DNA of 64,000 nucleotides. It comes from Octopus sinensis (lineage: Eukaryota). Numbering within the stretch: the first letter of the stretch is position 1; every line of letters begins with the position of its first letter. Below, piece after piece: positions 13,101 through 25,960 of this stretch. The notes beneath the pieces are model-generated. The model searched no databases, was not told the origin of the DNA, and saw only the letters and a list, made by a program, of their open reading frames with translations. The translations under genes were made by a program, and so were the position numbers. The stretch spans positions 11,613 to 75,612 of the forward strand of contig NW_021834307.1 in NCBI RefSeq assembly GCF_006345805.1. Direction: 5' to 3'.

Positions 13101-13849
13101 AAGAGAGAGAGAGACGGTAATGGTTTTTTTCTTTTTTGCCACTATACCATGACTGTTCTATAAAGAACGATGTTACTACATTTTGATGGCAGGAAAACGT
13201 CTTTCCAGCTGGTTAACGAGACACAAACTGTGTCCGATATATTGTAAGGGAGCGAATCACTACCCTCTAGCTTGGCAAGGCCAGTAGACCATGGTTTCTG
13301 GGTTTTTACTCTTCATCGGTACTGGATACTTACCTGTTAGAAATGGCAGTCAAATCGTCCCTACTCACAATATATAAACAGAAAAGTGGCAGACAGTTAC
13401 TGATCTTGTAATGTGCAAAATAGCTGGTTCTAAAATCTCTAAACGAGATATAAGTAGTAACAATACTAGACGTTAACGCTTTTTTTTTGCCCCTATAACA
13501 TGGCTGTTCTATTAAAAAACTATGTTACTACATGTTGACCCAAGAAACTGTAGATACATGTTTCTTTCAAGAACAGCAATAGGTTAGTAGGTAGGTAGGT
13601 AGGTAGGTAGGTCTGTCTATGATTGTATGTATGTGCATAGTAAATACAAGAATAGACGTGATGATTGATATTTATTCCTTCATTACGATCGTTTCAATAA
13701 CACATGGGTCAAGCACATTATGAAAATAAATGATTGTGTAATATTACAAGATATTACATGTGATCGATATCCATCACGTTAGACAAATGCCAATAGGAAT
13801 ACCCTAACCCTTCTGTGCACCCGTTCGCTGGTGTTAGCACGAGTGCTGG

Positions 13850-14188
13850 CAATGGAATTACACACACACACACACACGCACATATATATATATCACGTGA
13901 TCACGTGACCGACCAGACCATCAGATGTTGTTACACATCGCTGGTCACAATGCGTTCGCATTGTTTTAGCCTTCGAATGACGCCACCCCGCTGGCTAAGC
14001 GAGCAGGCCAACAGAAGAGAGAGCGGTGAAAGAGTACAGCAGGGATCACCACACCCTGCCGGAGCCTCGCGGAGCTTTTAGGTGTTTTCGCTCAATAAAC
14101 ACTCACAACGCCCGGTCTGGGAATCGAAACCGCGATCCTGCGACCGCGAGTCCGCTGCCCTAACCACTAGACCATTGCGCCTCCACAA
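13850..14188 (-). mobile_element. tRNA-derived SINE, family C
   Basis: Minus-strand head GGAGGCGCAATGGTCTAGTGGTTAGGGCAGCGGACTCGCGGTCGCAGGATCGCGGTTTCGATTCCCAGACCGGGCG has A- and B-box-like motifs, followed by a non-tRNA body. Confidence 0.8.
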
Positions 14189-14212
14189 ACACACACACAC
14201 ATATATATATAT

Positions 14213-14313
<101 letters not shown>

Positions 14314-14432
14314 CAATAAATTCAGGGTGAATACCTGATAAATGTAAGCACCTGTATATGCCAGTTAGTAGCATAGGTGATATGATATAGGTATCAAATG
14401 AAATAAATGAAAAACAGGACGCAAAGGATGTT

Positions 14433-14525
14433 GCGGTACATATGTTTCGAGCTTTATAGAACAACTTATTCTTACATCAATGCATAATCGATATAACAGA
14501 TAGATCAAAAGCCTTCTTCAGCCGC
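14433..14525 (-). ncRNA. Type I hammerhead ribozyme motif with long stem II insert
   Basis: Minus strand: GCGG-CUGAAGA-AG-GCUUU[~55 nt]AAAGC-UC-GAAAC-AUAU-GUA-CCGC. Stem I GCGG/CCGC is perfect; stem III is the palindrome ACAUAUGU. Confidence 0.7.
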
Positions 14526-15442
14526 GTGCAATTGCTACACCAAAGACTTGTATCACATTATAAAAGGTTTGAGAAAAAACATTTAGTATTGTTTGTAATG
14601 GTAGGTAAACCGAGTATCATTGGGAAAGTAAGTTTGTAAATCTTCATAGGCGTACATGGTATTATTAGACTCCAAAACAAATCGTCAATACCGTTTGTTC
14701 ACTCCGAGTGAAAAGACGGTATATAGAAATTCTATATGACTTTAGTAGTTCATACGATGGTCGTTTGATCCCTGTCCATCCTCCAGTTAAATTCTCCACT
14801 CGCATTTTGTACTGAGTTCTACATAAGAAAGCGGTCAACTCCGATTGAACCAATTTTAGAAGTGTAGACCTCACATATATGAGTATATATATAAATATAT
14901 ACATACATATATTCATACACACACTCACATGCACGCACATACACACACACACAAACACATATATATACACACTCACACACAAATATATCCATACTTATAT
15001 ATATGTATATGATATACATCATATATGTATATAGATATAATATATTATATATATATAATATATATATATACTATAATATACATTCATATATGTATGTATA
15101 TATATACACACACGTGTGCATTAGCATATATATATGTATATATATACATATATATATGTATATATATATACATATATGTATATGAACGTATACTATACGT
15201 TTGTAATTTTCTATACTTCTCCTAGTCATACACACACACACACATATAATATACATACACAATACATGTAAACATGCATGTATATATATACATGTATGTG
15301 TGTATGTATATGTTTCCTCATATACACGTACATACACACATATCTACAGACACACACACACATATTTACTGGTGGGTTTTCTTGTTTTTATCGATATATT
15401 TTTTAGTGATTATATGTACCTGCATTTGTATGTATGTTTGTG

Positions 15443-15490
<48 letters not shown>

Positions 15491-15834
15491 CGTATATCAA
15501 ATCACTGGGGTGTAGATTAATAGATTATATTTCAAATCATCGCTCTAGATTAATAGATTGGCAGATTAAGGGATGATAAGGTAGGCTTGTCATCAGATTG
15601 GGTTGACAAGTCGGATCTTATTTCACATCTGCGAGAGAACTTAATGTTCACCCTCGCGCCCTCTTTCCTTTACTCACACAAATTATATCGCCATTTACTC
15701 TATTGATTCGTAACCTAGCTCCAACACCTGAAATTGCTCCATCGTTGGGGGGGGGAGTGAGGATTCTTCGGTTGTTAATAATATTTAGTCTCAGGTCAGC
15801 ATTGATAGACAAGATAGACCTTGGATACTAGGCT

Positions 15835-16330
15835 ATTCCATCCATGGCAACACCGACTGTTCTTCTGGAAAAGTGTCCTGAATAACTTTATTCCAGTGTG
15901 ATGGTTTATAAAATGTTAAGTTACTGTTTGAGGGAGATTTAGCTACTATTTCGAGCAAGTTGAATGACTCTGGAGAACATAGAGAAAAGAATGCTTCGTG
16001 AACGACTTTAACACTCTTAGTATACACGACAATGACGAAGCCTCAATGCGGTCGATCAGCTTGCTAGAAATAGCAGCTGAATTTCGTCGAATCAGAATCT
16101 AACATTTTAAGATGTACAATATGGGGTGGTGGTCACCTTAATAATGCATTTATTAATACGTCTATTCGGTCATAGCTAAGCTGGAGCTACAAACAACATA
16201 CATTACAGCACATGCCAACAGCGGGAGGCCCTGATGTGGTCTCTCGGTCTGCTAAATATAGCAGGTCTTATTGTTTTTGTTAAGACATAGAACACATTGG
16301 ATGATATATTCCAAGATACACAATGGCTGA
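15835..16330. repeat. Cluster of an unclassified dispersed repeat (GCTAGAAATAGCAGC motif) in both orientations
   Basis: Variants of (T)GCTAGAAATAGCAGC(C/T) occur at ~15940 (-), 16065 (+), 16253 (+), and also at 13340, 17505 (-), 30391 and 60978. Confidence 0.5.
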
Positions 16331-17354
16331 ATGAAACAAAGAATAGTTACGGCTGAAATACGTATCAGCATGGGTCATTCCATTAAAATTTGATTCAGAG
16401 TTAACCAGTAACAGTAACAGCAACAACAACAGCCGCAACAATAAAAGCAACACAAACAGTCTCTACCAAACACAGAACATAGCAGATCCCAAGTCCCCTA
16501 TATTTTAGAAAAGGGCCAATGTGAGCCATATTGTTTATTTTTGCCCTTCTCGAAGTGGTTGTGCAATAAAACGTAAATTATGTAGTCGGGTTTCGAATTT
16601 CATTATAACATCAACCCTCGTTCAATTTGGCACCATCTTCTGGTCTTTTGTACCATTATGTTGTAAGCATTTGGACCGAGTCTTTGGTTTGGGGCTAATT
16701 TTCTTCCTGCACTCCCACCAATGATGGAGACCCAGAAAAGGTATCATTTTCCCTCTTAGTAAACCATTAAAAAATAGAGCAAAGCGACGTAAACCAAAGT
16801 CAGACTCGATTCGAGACCGCATTGTTCTCTCCAATAAAAAATAAATATATCTTACTCAACGTTAATCAACAATCTTTAAGACGAAGATTAAAGACTGATT
16901 TCATGATTGTCTTTCTGTCATCCCGTACTGATGCCTTTGTTTTTAGTTCTTCGTCCCCGAATTAGATAACAACAAAGATATTAATATCTGAAATAGAAAG
17001 TTGTTGTCAAGACATAAACGATGACGTCGGGCGACATCTTCGACTTTTTAATCTTATTCTTGTGTCAACAGAATATATCCCCCTACCTAACCACACTTAC
17101 TCTCCTCCCAACGCATCAACTACTCAAGGAAAAACAATTATAACAGCGAAAATGCTTTCTCGAATATTCCATGCGTGAATGGAAACACACGAGGAGTTTA
17201 GATGAAAGGCTGCCGACCTACAAACCAAACGATATACATTTCGTGCCCAACCAGTTGCTAACCAAGATACATGATCCACATGATCTATCATTATTTCACT
17301 TGTCCTTCTAAACTTAGCTACAACGTGAAGGCGGATTGTTGTTGTTGTTGTTTC

Positions 17355-17455
17355 CTTCTTCTTCTTCTTCTTCTTCTTCTTCTTCTTCTTCTTCTTCTTC
17401 TTCTTCTTCTTCTTCTTCTTCTTCTTCTTCTTCTTCTTCTTCTTCTTCTTCTTCG
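17355..17455. repeat. (TTC)n microsatellite
   Basis: Visible directly. Confidence 0.95.
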
Positions 17456-18250
17456 CTCTGTGGCCAAAAGCATTTCCGCTATGATTATGATTTGAGGAAG
17501 ATTTAGCAACTATTTCTAGCGAGTTGAACGACCATACAGTGGCTTCTTTGACGGATAACTTAATGCAGTAATCAGCAACGTCCATTGTGTGTTAGCCATG
17601 CAGTAGTTACTGCCTAACCACAAGCCCTAGGTATTTTAGACGGGATAAACTGGGACAATCTGATATTAGGGCCTTCCTCGAAGACATCAGCCCTTTCACC
17701 TTTAAAACAATTATCTTTAATTCCGTTTCCAATCGCCAAACTTATGACTTACTATGCGAAGACTTTTGAAAATAAGGACAAAGCGTTTATCGTGATTGTG
17801 GAGTTCACAGTCAGGAATGACCAAGTTGTTTGATAAGAAGAACTACATGTGAAGTCTTTTAAAGTTCAAAATCTGAAACCAATATTTTCAAAATTGTGCA
17901 TTGTAAAAAAACTTTAAGCAATGCAGGTGAAAATTTAAACAGAATATGTAAGGTAATGTTTATAGAGAAGATATTATATTACATTCTGTAGGTTGTTTAA
18001 CGCTTTTATGATATTTCGGAAAAGATGCTTCTTACCAAATATAAGAAATTTGAAACTATATTTCGAAATATGGAAATAAACCATTTAAAAATTCTGCACG
18101 CTATACTAAATTGATTAATCTCAATCCATTAAAAAGCTTACGATGTTTTTCCATTTCTGCAGTTAATACTTTAAAATTCGACTGGGAAATGTGAAACTTG
18201 AAGTTACGATGTATTTTCACTAACTGACTAAACCATTATTAGAATATATA

Positions 18251-18665
18251 CTCTTTTACTCTCTTTTACTCTTTTACTTGTTTCAGTCATTTGACTGTGG
18301 CCATGCTGGATCACCGCCTTTAGTCGAGCAAATCGACCCCAGGACTTATTCTCTGTAAGCCTAGCATTTATTCTGTCGGTCTCTTTTGCCGAACCGCTAA
18401 GTTACGGGGACGTAAACACACCAGCATCGGTTGTCAAGCGATGCTGGGGAGATAATCAGACACACATATACTCACGCATATATATATATATATATACATA
18501 TATACAACGGGATTTTTCAGTTTCCGTCTACCAAATCCACTCACAAGGCTTTGGTCGGCCCGAGGCTATAGTAGAAACACTTGCCCAAGGTGCCACGCAG
18601 TGGGATGAACCCCGGAACCATGTGGTTGGAAGCAAGCTATATACCAGAAAGTCACTCTTGCGCAT
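18251..18665 (-). mobile_element. SINE family A, full length
   Basis: Reverse complement of the 4581-4977 element, from the (TTTTACTC)n tail to the head GTGCCACGCAGTGGGATGAACCCGGAACCATGTGG. Confidence 0.9.
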
Positions 18666-18681
18666 ATATATAGGCGCTTAT

Positions 18682-18741
<60 letters not shown>

Positions 18742-18745
<4 letters not shown>

Positions 18746-19120
18746 AATATAACTTAGAAAACTTAGATTGGTTTCAGCTATTATCGGCCCAGGCCATGAC
18801 TAAGTCAATAGCTCCATCTGGAAAAGTCTTTTAATTAATTATTTCGGGACACCATGGACCACTCAAGCAGAGAGTTGTTGTTGTTGATTGAGACATATCC
18901 AGGTGTAGGTGGTTTATCCGGTATTTCCTGGAAGAATTTGTCCAGGTACAGTTTCAAAGTTGTGGGGTCTTTTTCTACTTTAATTTCTTTCGGGATAACA
19001 CTGAAAAGAGCAGGACCATTTGCAGTGAAGAAATTGTGCCGCAATGTTCTTATGTAATGTGATCTCGGCCTTTGTAAGGAACACATTTCACGGGGGCCTA
19101 GTCTTGGATGAAATGGAATA
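18742..19120 (-). mobile_element. 5'-truncated CR1/L2-group LINE 3' end
   Basis: RTLRHNFFTANGPALFSVIPKEIKVEKDPTTLKLYLDKFFQEIPDKPPTPGY...NSLLEW resembles the GPxLFNxLP...FK..LD.FL..IPD.P C-terminus of CR1/L2-group ORF2. The 3' UTR ends in CATGGCC...GCTGAAAC. It is flanked by (TA)n. Confidence 0.7.
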
Positions 19121-19941
19121 TATATATATATATATATAGATATATATATATATATATATAAGTGTGTGTGTGTGTATGTGATATATCTGTATATATACTT
19201 CTATATATATACACATATTTATGTTTATATATAACATGTATTATATATATATATGTGTGGTGTGTGTGTGTGTGTATACATATATATGCATATATATACA
19301 TATATACATCATACATGTTATATATACAAATAAGTATGTGTGCGTATGTGTATATATATATATCTATATATATATATATATATATATATAATCTATATAT
19401 ATATGAATGAATATTTTTAAAAACCTTAGGGAATAATAATTATTCCAGGTTATCAGGATATTTACTATTTTACACTTTACTAAAGCAAAGCAAACAGTAT
19501 TAATTATAATATTATTATTACAAATTTGGGATTTTACCAATACGACCACAACTTCAATTTCAGGACAACCTTATTTTCTGGAGTACACACAGAAAATTAT
19601 ATCCAAAATACTAATCTAATAATATAAGCATTTTAAAGCCTGCTATAACATACAATAAGAATAAAGTACATTAGAATTAATTATAGATTATTTAAACATA
19701 TGTTTAAAATATATATATATACCTTACTTGTTATTAGTCTGTGGGGAAAGAAGACAATATTAATCAACGCTACACGTGTTTTAGCGCTGGTGATTTGTTT
19801 TACCAAGCTATACGTAATACATAAATCCACCAATGTGTCCTCAGGGTATTTTTCTTTTTATTATTATTATTATTAACGGATCCAACTTAATGCTGCAAAT
19901 TCTTAGATATCTCCATTAAAAATAAGAATAAAAATAAATAA

Positions 19942-19976
<35 letters not shown>

Positions 19977-20005
19977 TTTTATTTTATCGCATTCTGACTT
20001 TGTTT

Positions 20006-20041
<36 letters not shown>

Positions 20042-20557
20042 CAAAATTTGGAGGACTGACCACTAAGAGTGGACAGCCTGTATTCTAGATAGAGACGTCA
20101 AAGTCGCCATTTTCCTCGAAGAATGTGTTCTCAAGAAAAAATTCAGCAAAAAAAAAAAACAAAGTGTAAAAATAAGCAAGACAAATGAAAACATACGAAA
20201 TAAAAAACGATTACCTATGTACTAATTACTTTCACTTGTTAATATTTACGTATATGGATACATAAACATCTGCAAGATCATCAGCATAGCCTGTCGTTTA
20301 CAAAACACAATTTCCAGAACTAGATATAGGACGCTCGAGCAAAATCCAGCATGTACACAGTTTTACAAATTACATTTATGTGTATCTTTGAAATGTCTTT
20401 ACTTTGGCGAGATAATTTCCTAATATATTTTTACAAAATTTAAAAGATTTTAGAAACTATAAAATTATAAATTTTTTTAAAAGTCATAAAAATTTGATAA
20501 AATAAAATTAACCTAACTTTACAAATAACAATAGTAATATATATATATTATATATAT

Positions 20558-20599
<42 letters not shown>

Positions 20600-21247
20600 A
20601 TATACTATATAGATAGAGAGAAGAGAGAGAGTAGAGAGAGAGAGAGAAGAGAGAGAAAGTGCTAAATATAAAGAAAACCCTCATCAACTATTTTATAAAC
20701 ACATCAAATTAAACTACCTATCTATATACATTTTCCGGGAATTGATAATTTATTGTCAAATTTACCCCTATCAATACTAGTATATATTACCATTATTATG
20801 AAAAACGTAAGTTGGTAATATTCAAACAGTAAAAAAAAGCTCTATATATGTTATAAATTCATTGAATAAAACTAGTAAATGAACTATTTACCACAATTAA
20901 CAAAGGAAGAATTCGTATCTGCATGTTTACTCCTGTGCAAATGGCTGCACCTTCTGTCTTGCATTAAGAATTACGGGAAAAAGATACACTACTGTAAAAA
21001 AATTCTTTAAGACTAAAATCATTTGAGAGGTTGAATAGATAATGCTTAGCGCAGGACAGAAGGTGCAGCCATCTTCAAAAACAAAATTATGTGTTTACAT
21101 ATGACGTAATCTATATAACATCCACCGTTTCTGGATTACCGTATATATATATATAAGTATATATACAACATATGCATATATTTATTAGGAATATATGCCC
21201 CAGCAATTTCTATCGTTCGACATTTACGTATTACATTATATATATAT

Positions 21248-21280
<33 letters not shown>

Positions 21281-21443
21281 GGCGCAGGAGTGTAGCTGTG
21301 TGTGGTAAGTATCTTGCTTACCAGCCACGTGGCTCCGGATTCAGTCCCACTCCGTAGCACCTTGGGCAAGTGTCTTCTACTATAGCCTTGAATGGATTTG
21401 GTAGACGAAAACTGAAAGAAGCCAGTCGTATATATACATACAT

Positions 21444-21481
<38 letters not shown>

Positions 21482-21484
<3 letters not shown>

Positions 21485-21735
21485 GACATCCTCGGGTTGC
21501 TTATTTTTGTGTTTTTTCTTCGTTTTGTTTGGATTAATTATATGTATGTATATATATACGCGAGGATGTCGTATATGCAAAGTATTATCAGACGCTCAGG
21601 GAAGGAAAGAAAGGTAGTTTTACGTTTCGAGCAAAGCTCTTCGTCAGAAAAAGGAGACAGAAGAAAGTCCAAGCAAAAAGGAAGACGGAGGGGGAAAATC
21701 GCCAACGGTCCGCATGTGGTTACATTTTGACCCCC
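21482..21735 (-). mobile_element. Penelope-derived pLTR-like insert
   Basis: It shares ACGCTCAGG and ACGTTTCGAGC...GCTCTTCG.CAGAAA with the PLE terminus at 36440-36800, and has a 14-bp terminal inverted repeat. Confidence 0.7.
21617..21652 (-). ncRNA. Minimal type I hammerhead ribozyme motif
   Basis: Minus strand: UUU-CUGACGA-A-GAGC[UUU]GCUC-GAAAC-GUA-AAA. Stem III is reduced to the palindrome ACGU; stem I is only 3 A-U pairs. Confidence 0.6.
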
Positions 21736-21962
21736 TCACATATACATATATATATGTTTGTGTGTTTCTGTCTGCCCCCCCCTACATCGCTCGACAACCG
21801 ATCTTTGTGTGTTTACATCCCCGTAACATAGCAGTTCGGCAAAAGAGACCGAAAGCGTAAGTACAAGACTTACAAAGAATAAGTTCTGGGCCAATTTGTT
21901 CGATTAAAGGCGGTGCTCCAGCAGGGCTGCATGGAAATGACTGAAACAATAAAACAATAAAA

Positions 21963-22002
<40 letters not shown>

Positions 22003-22003
<1 letters not shown>

Positions 22004-24058
22004 AATTAAATTAGAGATAAAACCACTATTAGGCAAATCAAACAGTGGAAAAACATAAACCAAAACATAGAAATAAAATTAATTAATATAAAATATATAA
22101 ATATAAAATTCAAAATTTAATTATTTAAATTTAAAGTTAAAAAATAATTAATTTATATTTATACATTTTTATATATATATATAATAATATATATAATAAA
22201 TATATAATATATAATATATATATATATATAATTTTGTCCTTGTAAATCAGACCTTGGAAATTGAGTAAACTCATTTTAGATAAATATATTAATTATGGTT
22301 TAGTAATAATAATACTTTAAATTGGTTTAATAATATTAAAGAAAAAAATCGATAAAATTTATTCAAATAGATATAGATAATTATTCTTCTTCTATTAATG
22401 AAATTGTGTTTAATAAGGCCCTTACGTTTGAAATGAATAAAGTGGGAATGACTTTTGAAGAGGTTAATGTAATTAAAATGACTAGGAAATCGTTTATTAG
22501 ATACAAAAATAAATTATGGGCTAGGAAGGATACTAGAACTATTTTGATATACCTATGGGGGCACCCGATTCTGCACAAGCTACGGATTTCGTAGGTATTT
22601 ATCTATTATCTAAACTTCAATTAGAAAATTTTAAAATAGATGGTGGTTAATATAGGGATGACCTTTGATTAATTACTAAGAATTGCACTAATAGGAACCT
22701 AGAATTATATAAGAAAAAACTTTATAGTTTCTTTAAAAGATATGGTTTAATACATAATGAGAATTTTAATGTTAATTATTTAGATGTTAATTTTAATCTA
22801 ATTACGGGTAAAACATAACCATATCATAAACTTAATGAAAACCTTAGATATATAAAGTTAATAGTAATCACCCACCAGCAATTAAAAAATCGTTGATTAA
22901 TAATATAAGTAAACGTATATCATTACTTTCTTATGATTTAGAGATTTTTAATAAACATGCACCTTATTACAATGAGGCCCTTAGAGAGGCAGGTTATAAT
23001 AGTAATATTAATACTTTAGGATTTAAGTCCCTATATGTACTTGCTAAGTCTTGTTGAGTTAATTAGGTTTTTATTTTTAAATGAATGCATATGCTGTGCG
23101 ATTCTTAATTTTATTTTAGAGGAAGTGGACCCTATATATATATATATTGCGTTTAAGTTATTATTCCTATTATTCTCATTAAGTAATGTAACTATACATT
23201 TATACACTACATCGTTTAAATCACATTTATTATTAAATTTTAGTAATAATTATAATTTAGATAAAAATTTTAGTAATAATTATAATAATTATGTTAGTAA
23301 TATTAGTAGTAATTCTAGTAATTATAAAAATAAAAATAAAAATAAAATTAGAAATAAGACAAATTTTAATATTAATTCATTAAATGTCAATTATAATTAT
23401 AAATTTAAATTTAATAATATTATTAAGAAATATAATAATAGTAATGGTAATAATAATAATGGTAATAATAATATGATTAATTACAATAATAATAATAATA
23501 ATAATATAATAATAATAATAATAATAATAATATAATAATAATAAGAAGAAGAAGAAGAAGAAAAGAGAAAGAAGAAGAAGAAGAAGAAGAAGAAAGAAGA
23601 AGAAGAAGAAGAAGAAGAAGAAGAAGAAGAATGATAGTGATAAAAAATAATAAGAAAAGATAATAAAATAAAATTTGGTTAATTGTTCCTTATGGTGCTC
23701 AAGTTAAAACGAACATTATTAAAGAGATTTTAGATATTATTGAACAATGTATTCATGATAATCGTAAATATAAAAAAAATTCTCTAGTAATAACTTTGGA
23801 GTAGGTTATTCTACCACTAATAGTGTAGGTAACATTATTTCTTTTTTTAACAAATTTAAACTGAATAATTTTTATAAAAATAAATTTTATAATAATACCA
23901 ATAATAATAAAGATAAGACACTCATTAACTGTACATCTAGAGATAAAACTAAGTGCAAATTTAATAATAAATGTGATTTAAACGATGTAGTGTATAAATG
24001 TATAGTTACATTACTTAATGAGAATATAGAAATAATAACTTAAACGCAATATATATAT

Positions 24059-24114
<56 letters not shown>

Positions 24115-24420
24115 CCACTTCCTCTAAATAAATTAAGAATCACACAGCATATGCATTCATTTAAAAATAAAACCTAATTAACTCAAAGGACTTAGCAAGT
24201 ACATATAGGGACTTAAATCCTAAAGTATTAAGTATGATTTAAGGTGGGAAATAATAAGTAAGGCTAAATCATATAGTATAGGAGGCAATTTTTATTATTC
24301 ATGTTCTAATGAGTTTAAAGAAATTTTATTTTATGAGCATTATAATTTAGTGAATACACTGAATGAGCGTAAAATAAAATGTAGACACAGGTTATTTTAC
24401 TTATATAATAAATTTCTAGA
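22003..24420 (+). mobile_element. Decayed Penelope-like element of the YRDD (Naiad-like) type, RT plus GIY-YIG
   Basis: Plus-strand pieces: FIQIDIDNYSSSINEIVFNKAL, RKSFIRYKNKLWARKD, PMGAPDSAQATDFVGIYLL, YRDD, YLDVNFNL, SNHPPAIKK, KRISLLS...APYYNEALREAGY, KIWLIVPYGAQVKTNI, CKFNNKC...VVYKCIV, and terminal KCRH. An Asn-rich (AAT)n/(GAA)n linker is present, with many stops and frameshifts. Confidence 0.8.
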
Positions 24421-24712
24421 TAAATAATTTTGTTCCTAATTTGTTCCTAATTTGTAGATTTATGTATTAGTATTAATCTAAAATTTAGTATGTGATTTAT
24501 AATATTTATTACATGAGTTTATATGTTGTATTAAATAATGTAATATTCTAATAATTTTATAAATATATTACTTTATAGTAGTGTAGTGTTTCCAATTCTT
24601 TATGAGGTTTTGTGTTAGTCTATTATAGTTATCAAAGGTTCTTTATTTACTTAATGGTTTTATTGAATATAGATTTAGGGAGGTTTAGATTTAGAACATT
24701 TATAAGTAGAAG

Positions 24713-24760
24713 GTCTTACAGCCGCTTCCAGGATATTTATTATATCCCTTCATCGGAGAC
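24713..24760 (-). ncRNA. Decayed hammerhead ribozyme motif
   Basis: Minus strand: GUCU-CCGAUGA-A-GGGAUAU[AAUAA]AUAUCCU-G-GAAGC-GGCU-GUA-AGAC. Stems I and II pair well, but the core has substitutions (CCGA, GAAG). Confidence 0.45.
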
Positions 24761-25019
24761 GGTGTGAGAAGATGGTTACGTAATAGTTAATTTAGATAAG
24801 ATACATAATAGAGAGTGAGGTGGTGGAAAAAAAAATAGTTGTGAGATATGTTGGGATATTGTATTTGTATACGTATATAGCTAGATTTATATATATATAT
24901 GATGCATGTACGTATACTACATAAGTGCATGAAATCGTTTATTTGTCTTGAATAAAAAGTACCAAAATTCTTTCAAAAATTCGTTTTTTCATGATTCCTA
25001 AAATCCTGATTTAAGACGA

Positions 25020-25300
25020 CGACGATGGTGGTGATTTTGGTGGCGGTGGTGGGTGGTGGTGGGTGGCGGTGCGGTGGTGGTGGTGGGTGGCGGCGCGGTG
25101 GTGGTGGTGGTGGTCGTCGTCGTCGTCGTCGTGGTAGTAATGATGGTGATGATGGTTGTGGTAGTTGTAATGGTAGTGGTAAAAGAAGTGACAGCAGCAA
25201 TGATGAAAAGCTGGAGGTTGAGGTGGAGGAGGAGGAGGAGGAGAAAGAGGAAGGAGAAGACGCGGAATGATGATGATGGTGATGATGATGACAAAATTGA
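25020..25300. repeat. (GGT)n/(CGT)n/(GAT)n/(GGA)n compound trinucleotide tract
   Basis: Visible directly. Confidence 0.9.
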
Positions 25301-25611
25301 AAACTAATAACTACCGAAATGTTAGACAAGGAAGAAAAAAAGAAAAAAGAAAGAAAGAGAAATTCTTAGGACAAGAAAAAATGCCGTGTGTGGCAGGTGG
25401 CGGGTTGATGGGTGGTTAGTGAGGGTGCGTCGTAACAATAATAATCACGACTTTGGAGGAGGAGGAGAAGAAGAAGAAGGTGGGAAGAAGAAAATTACAA
25501 AGAACACGAAACCAAAACAAAACGATGAATAAAAAACGTAAAGACATTGCTTAAAATATGACAGAAAGAAAACAATCTTTATGGCTTCTGTACAAGTTGG
25601 TCAACTTTCCC

Positions 25612-25687
<76 letters not shown>

Positions 25688-25725
25688 CATCATCATCATC
25701 ATCATCATTATTATTATTATTATTA

Positions 25726-25781
<56 letters not shown>
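25612..25781. repeat. (TTA)n(TCA)n(TTA)n microsatellite
   Basis: Visible directly. Confidence 0.95.
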
Positions 25782-25783
<2 letters not shown>

Positions 25784-25960
25784 AGCGGCGAGCTGGCAGA
25801 ATCGTTAGAACACCAGGCAAAATACTGAGCGACACTTCGTCCGTCCTTGCGCTCTGAGTTCAAATTCCGCCGAGGCCGACTTTGTTTTTCATCCCTTTTC
25901 GGGTTCGATAAAATAGGTACCAGTGAATTACACGATGTAACGGATTTGCCCCCTCACGCC
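25782..25960 (+). mobile_element. SINE family B
   Basis: AAAGCGGCGAGCTGGCAGAATCGTTAGAACACCAGGC...CTGAGTTCAAATTCCGCCGAGGCCGACTTTG, preceded by (TTA)n as at 5890. Confidence 0.8.

Larger units (their letters stand above)
21281..21960 (+). mobile_element. SINE family A interrupted in its internal (TA)n by a PLE-derived insert
   Basis: Head at 21281-21430 and tail at 21755-21960, with a foreign segment at 21482-21735 between (TA)n runs. Confidence 0.85.

Noticed and set aside
13683-13780. Minus-strand GAAAC-GATC-GTA with an upstream CACATG/CATGTG stem
   Set aside because: The core reads GUGAUGG and stem I does not pair, so it is too decayed to call.
14113-14185. tRNA gene
   Set aside because: The tRNA-like head runs directly into a SINE body and lacks a proper acceptor stem, so it is treated as a SINE.
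16856-16990. Minus-strand segment with a strong acceptor (TTTCTATTTCAG) and donor (GTAAGA)
   Set aside because: It has stops in all three frames, so it can only be a non-coding or terminal exon, and there is no supporting context.
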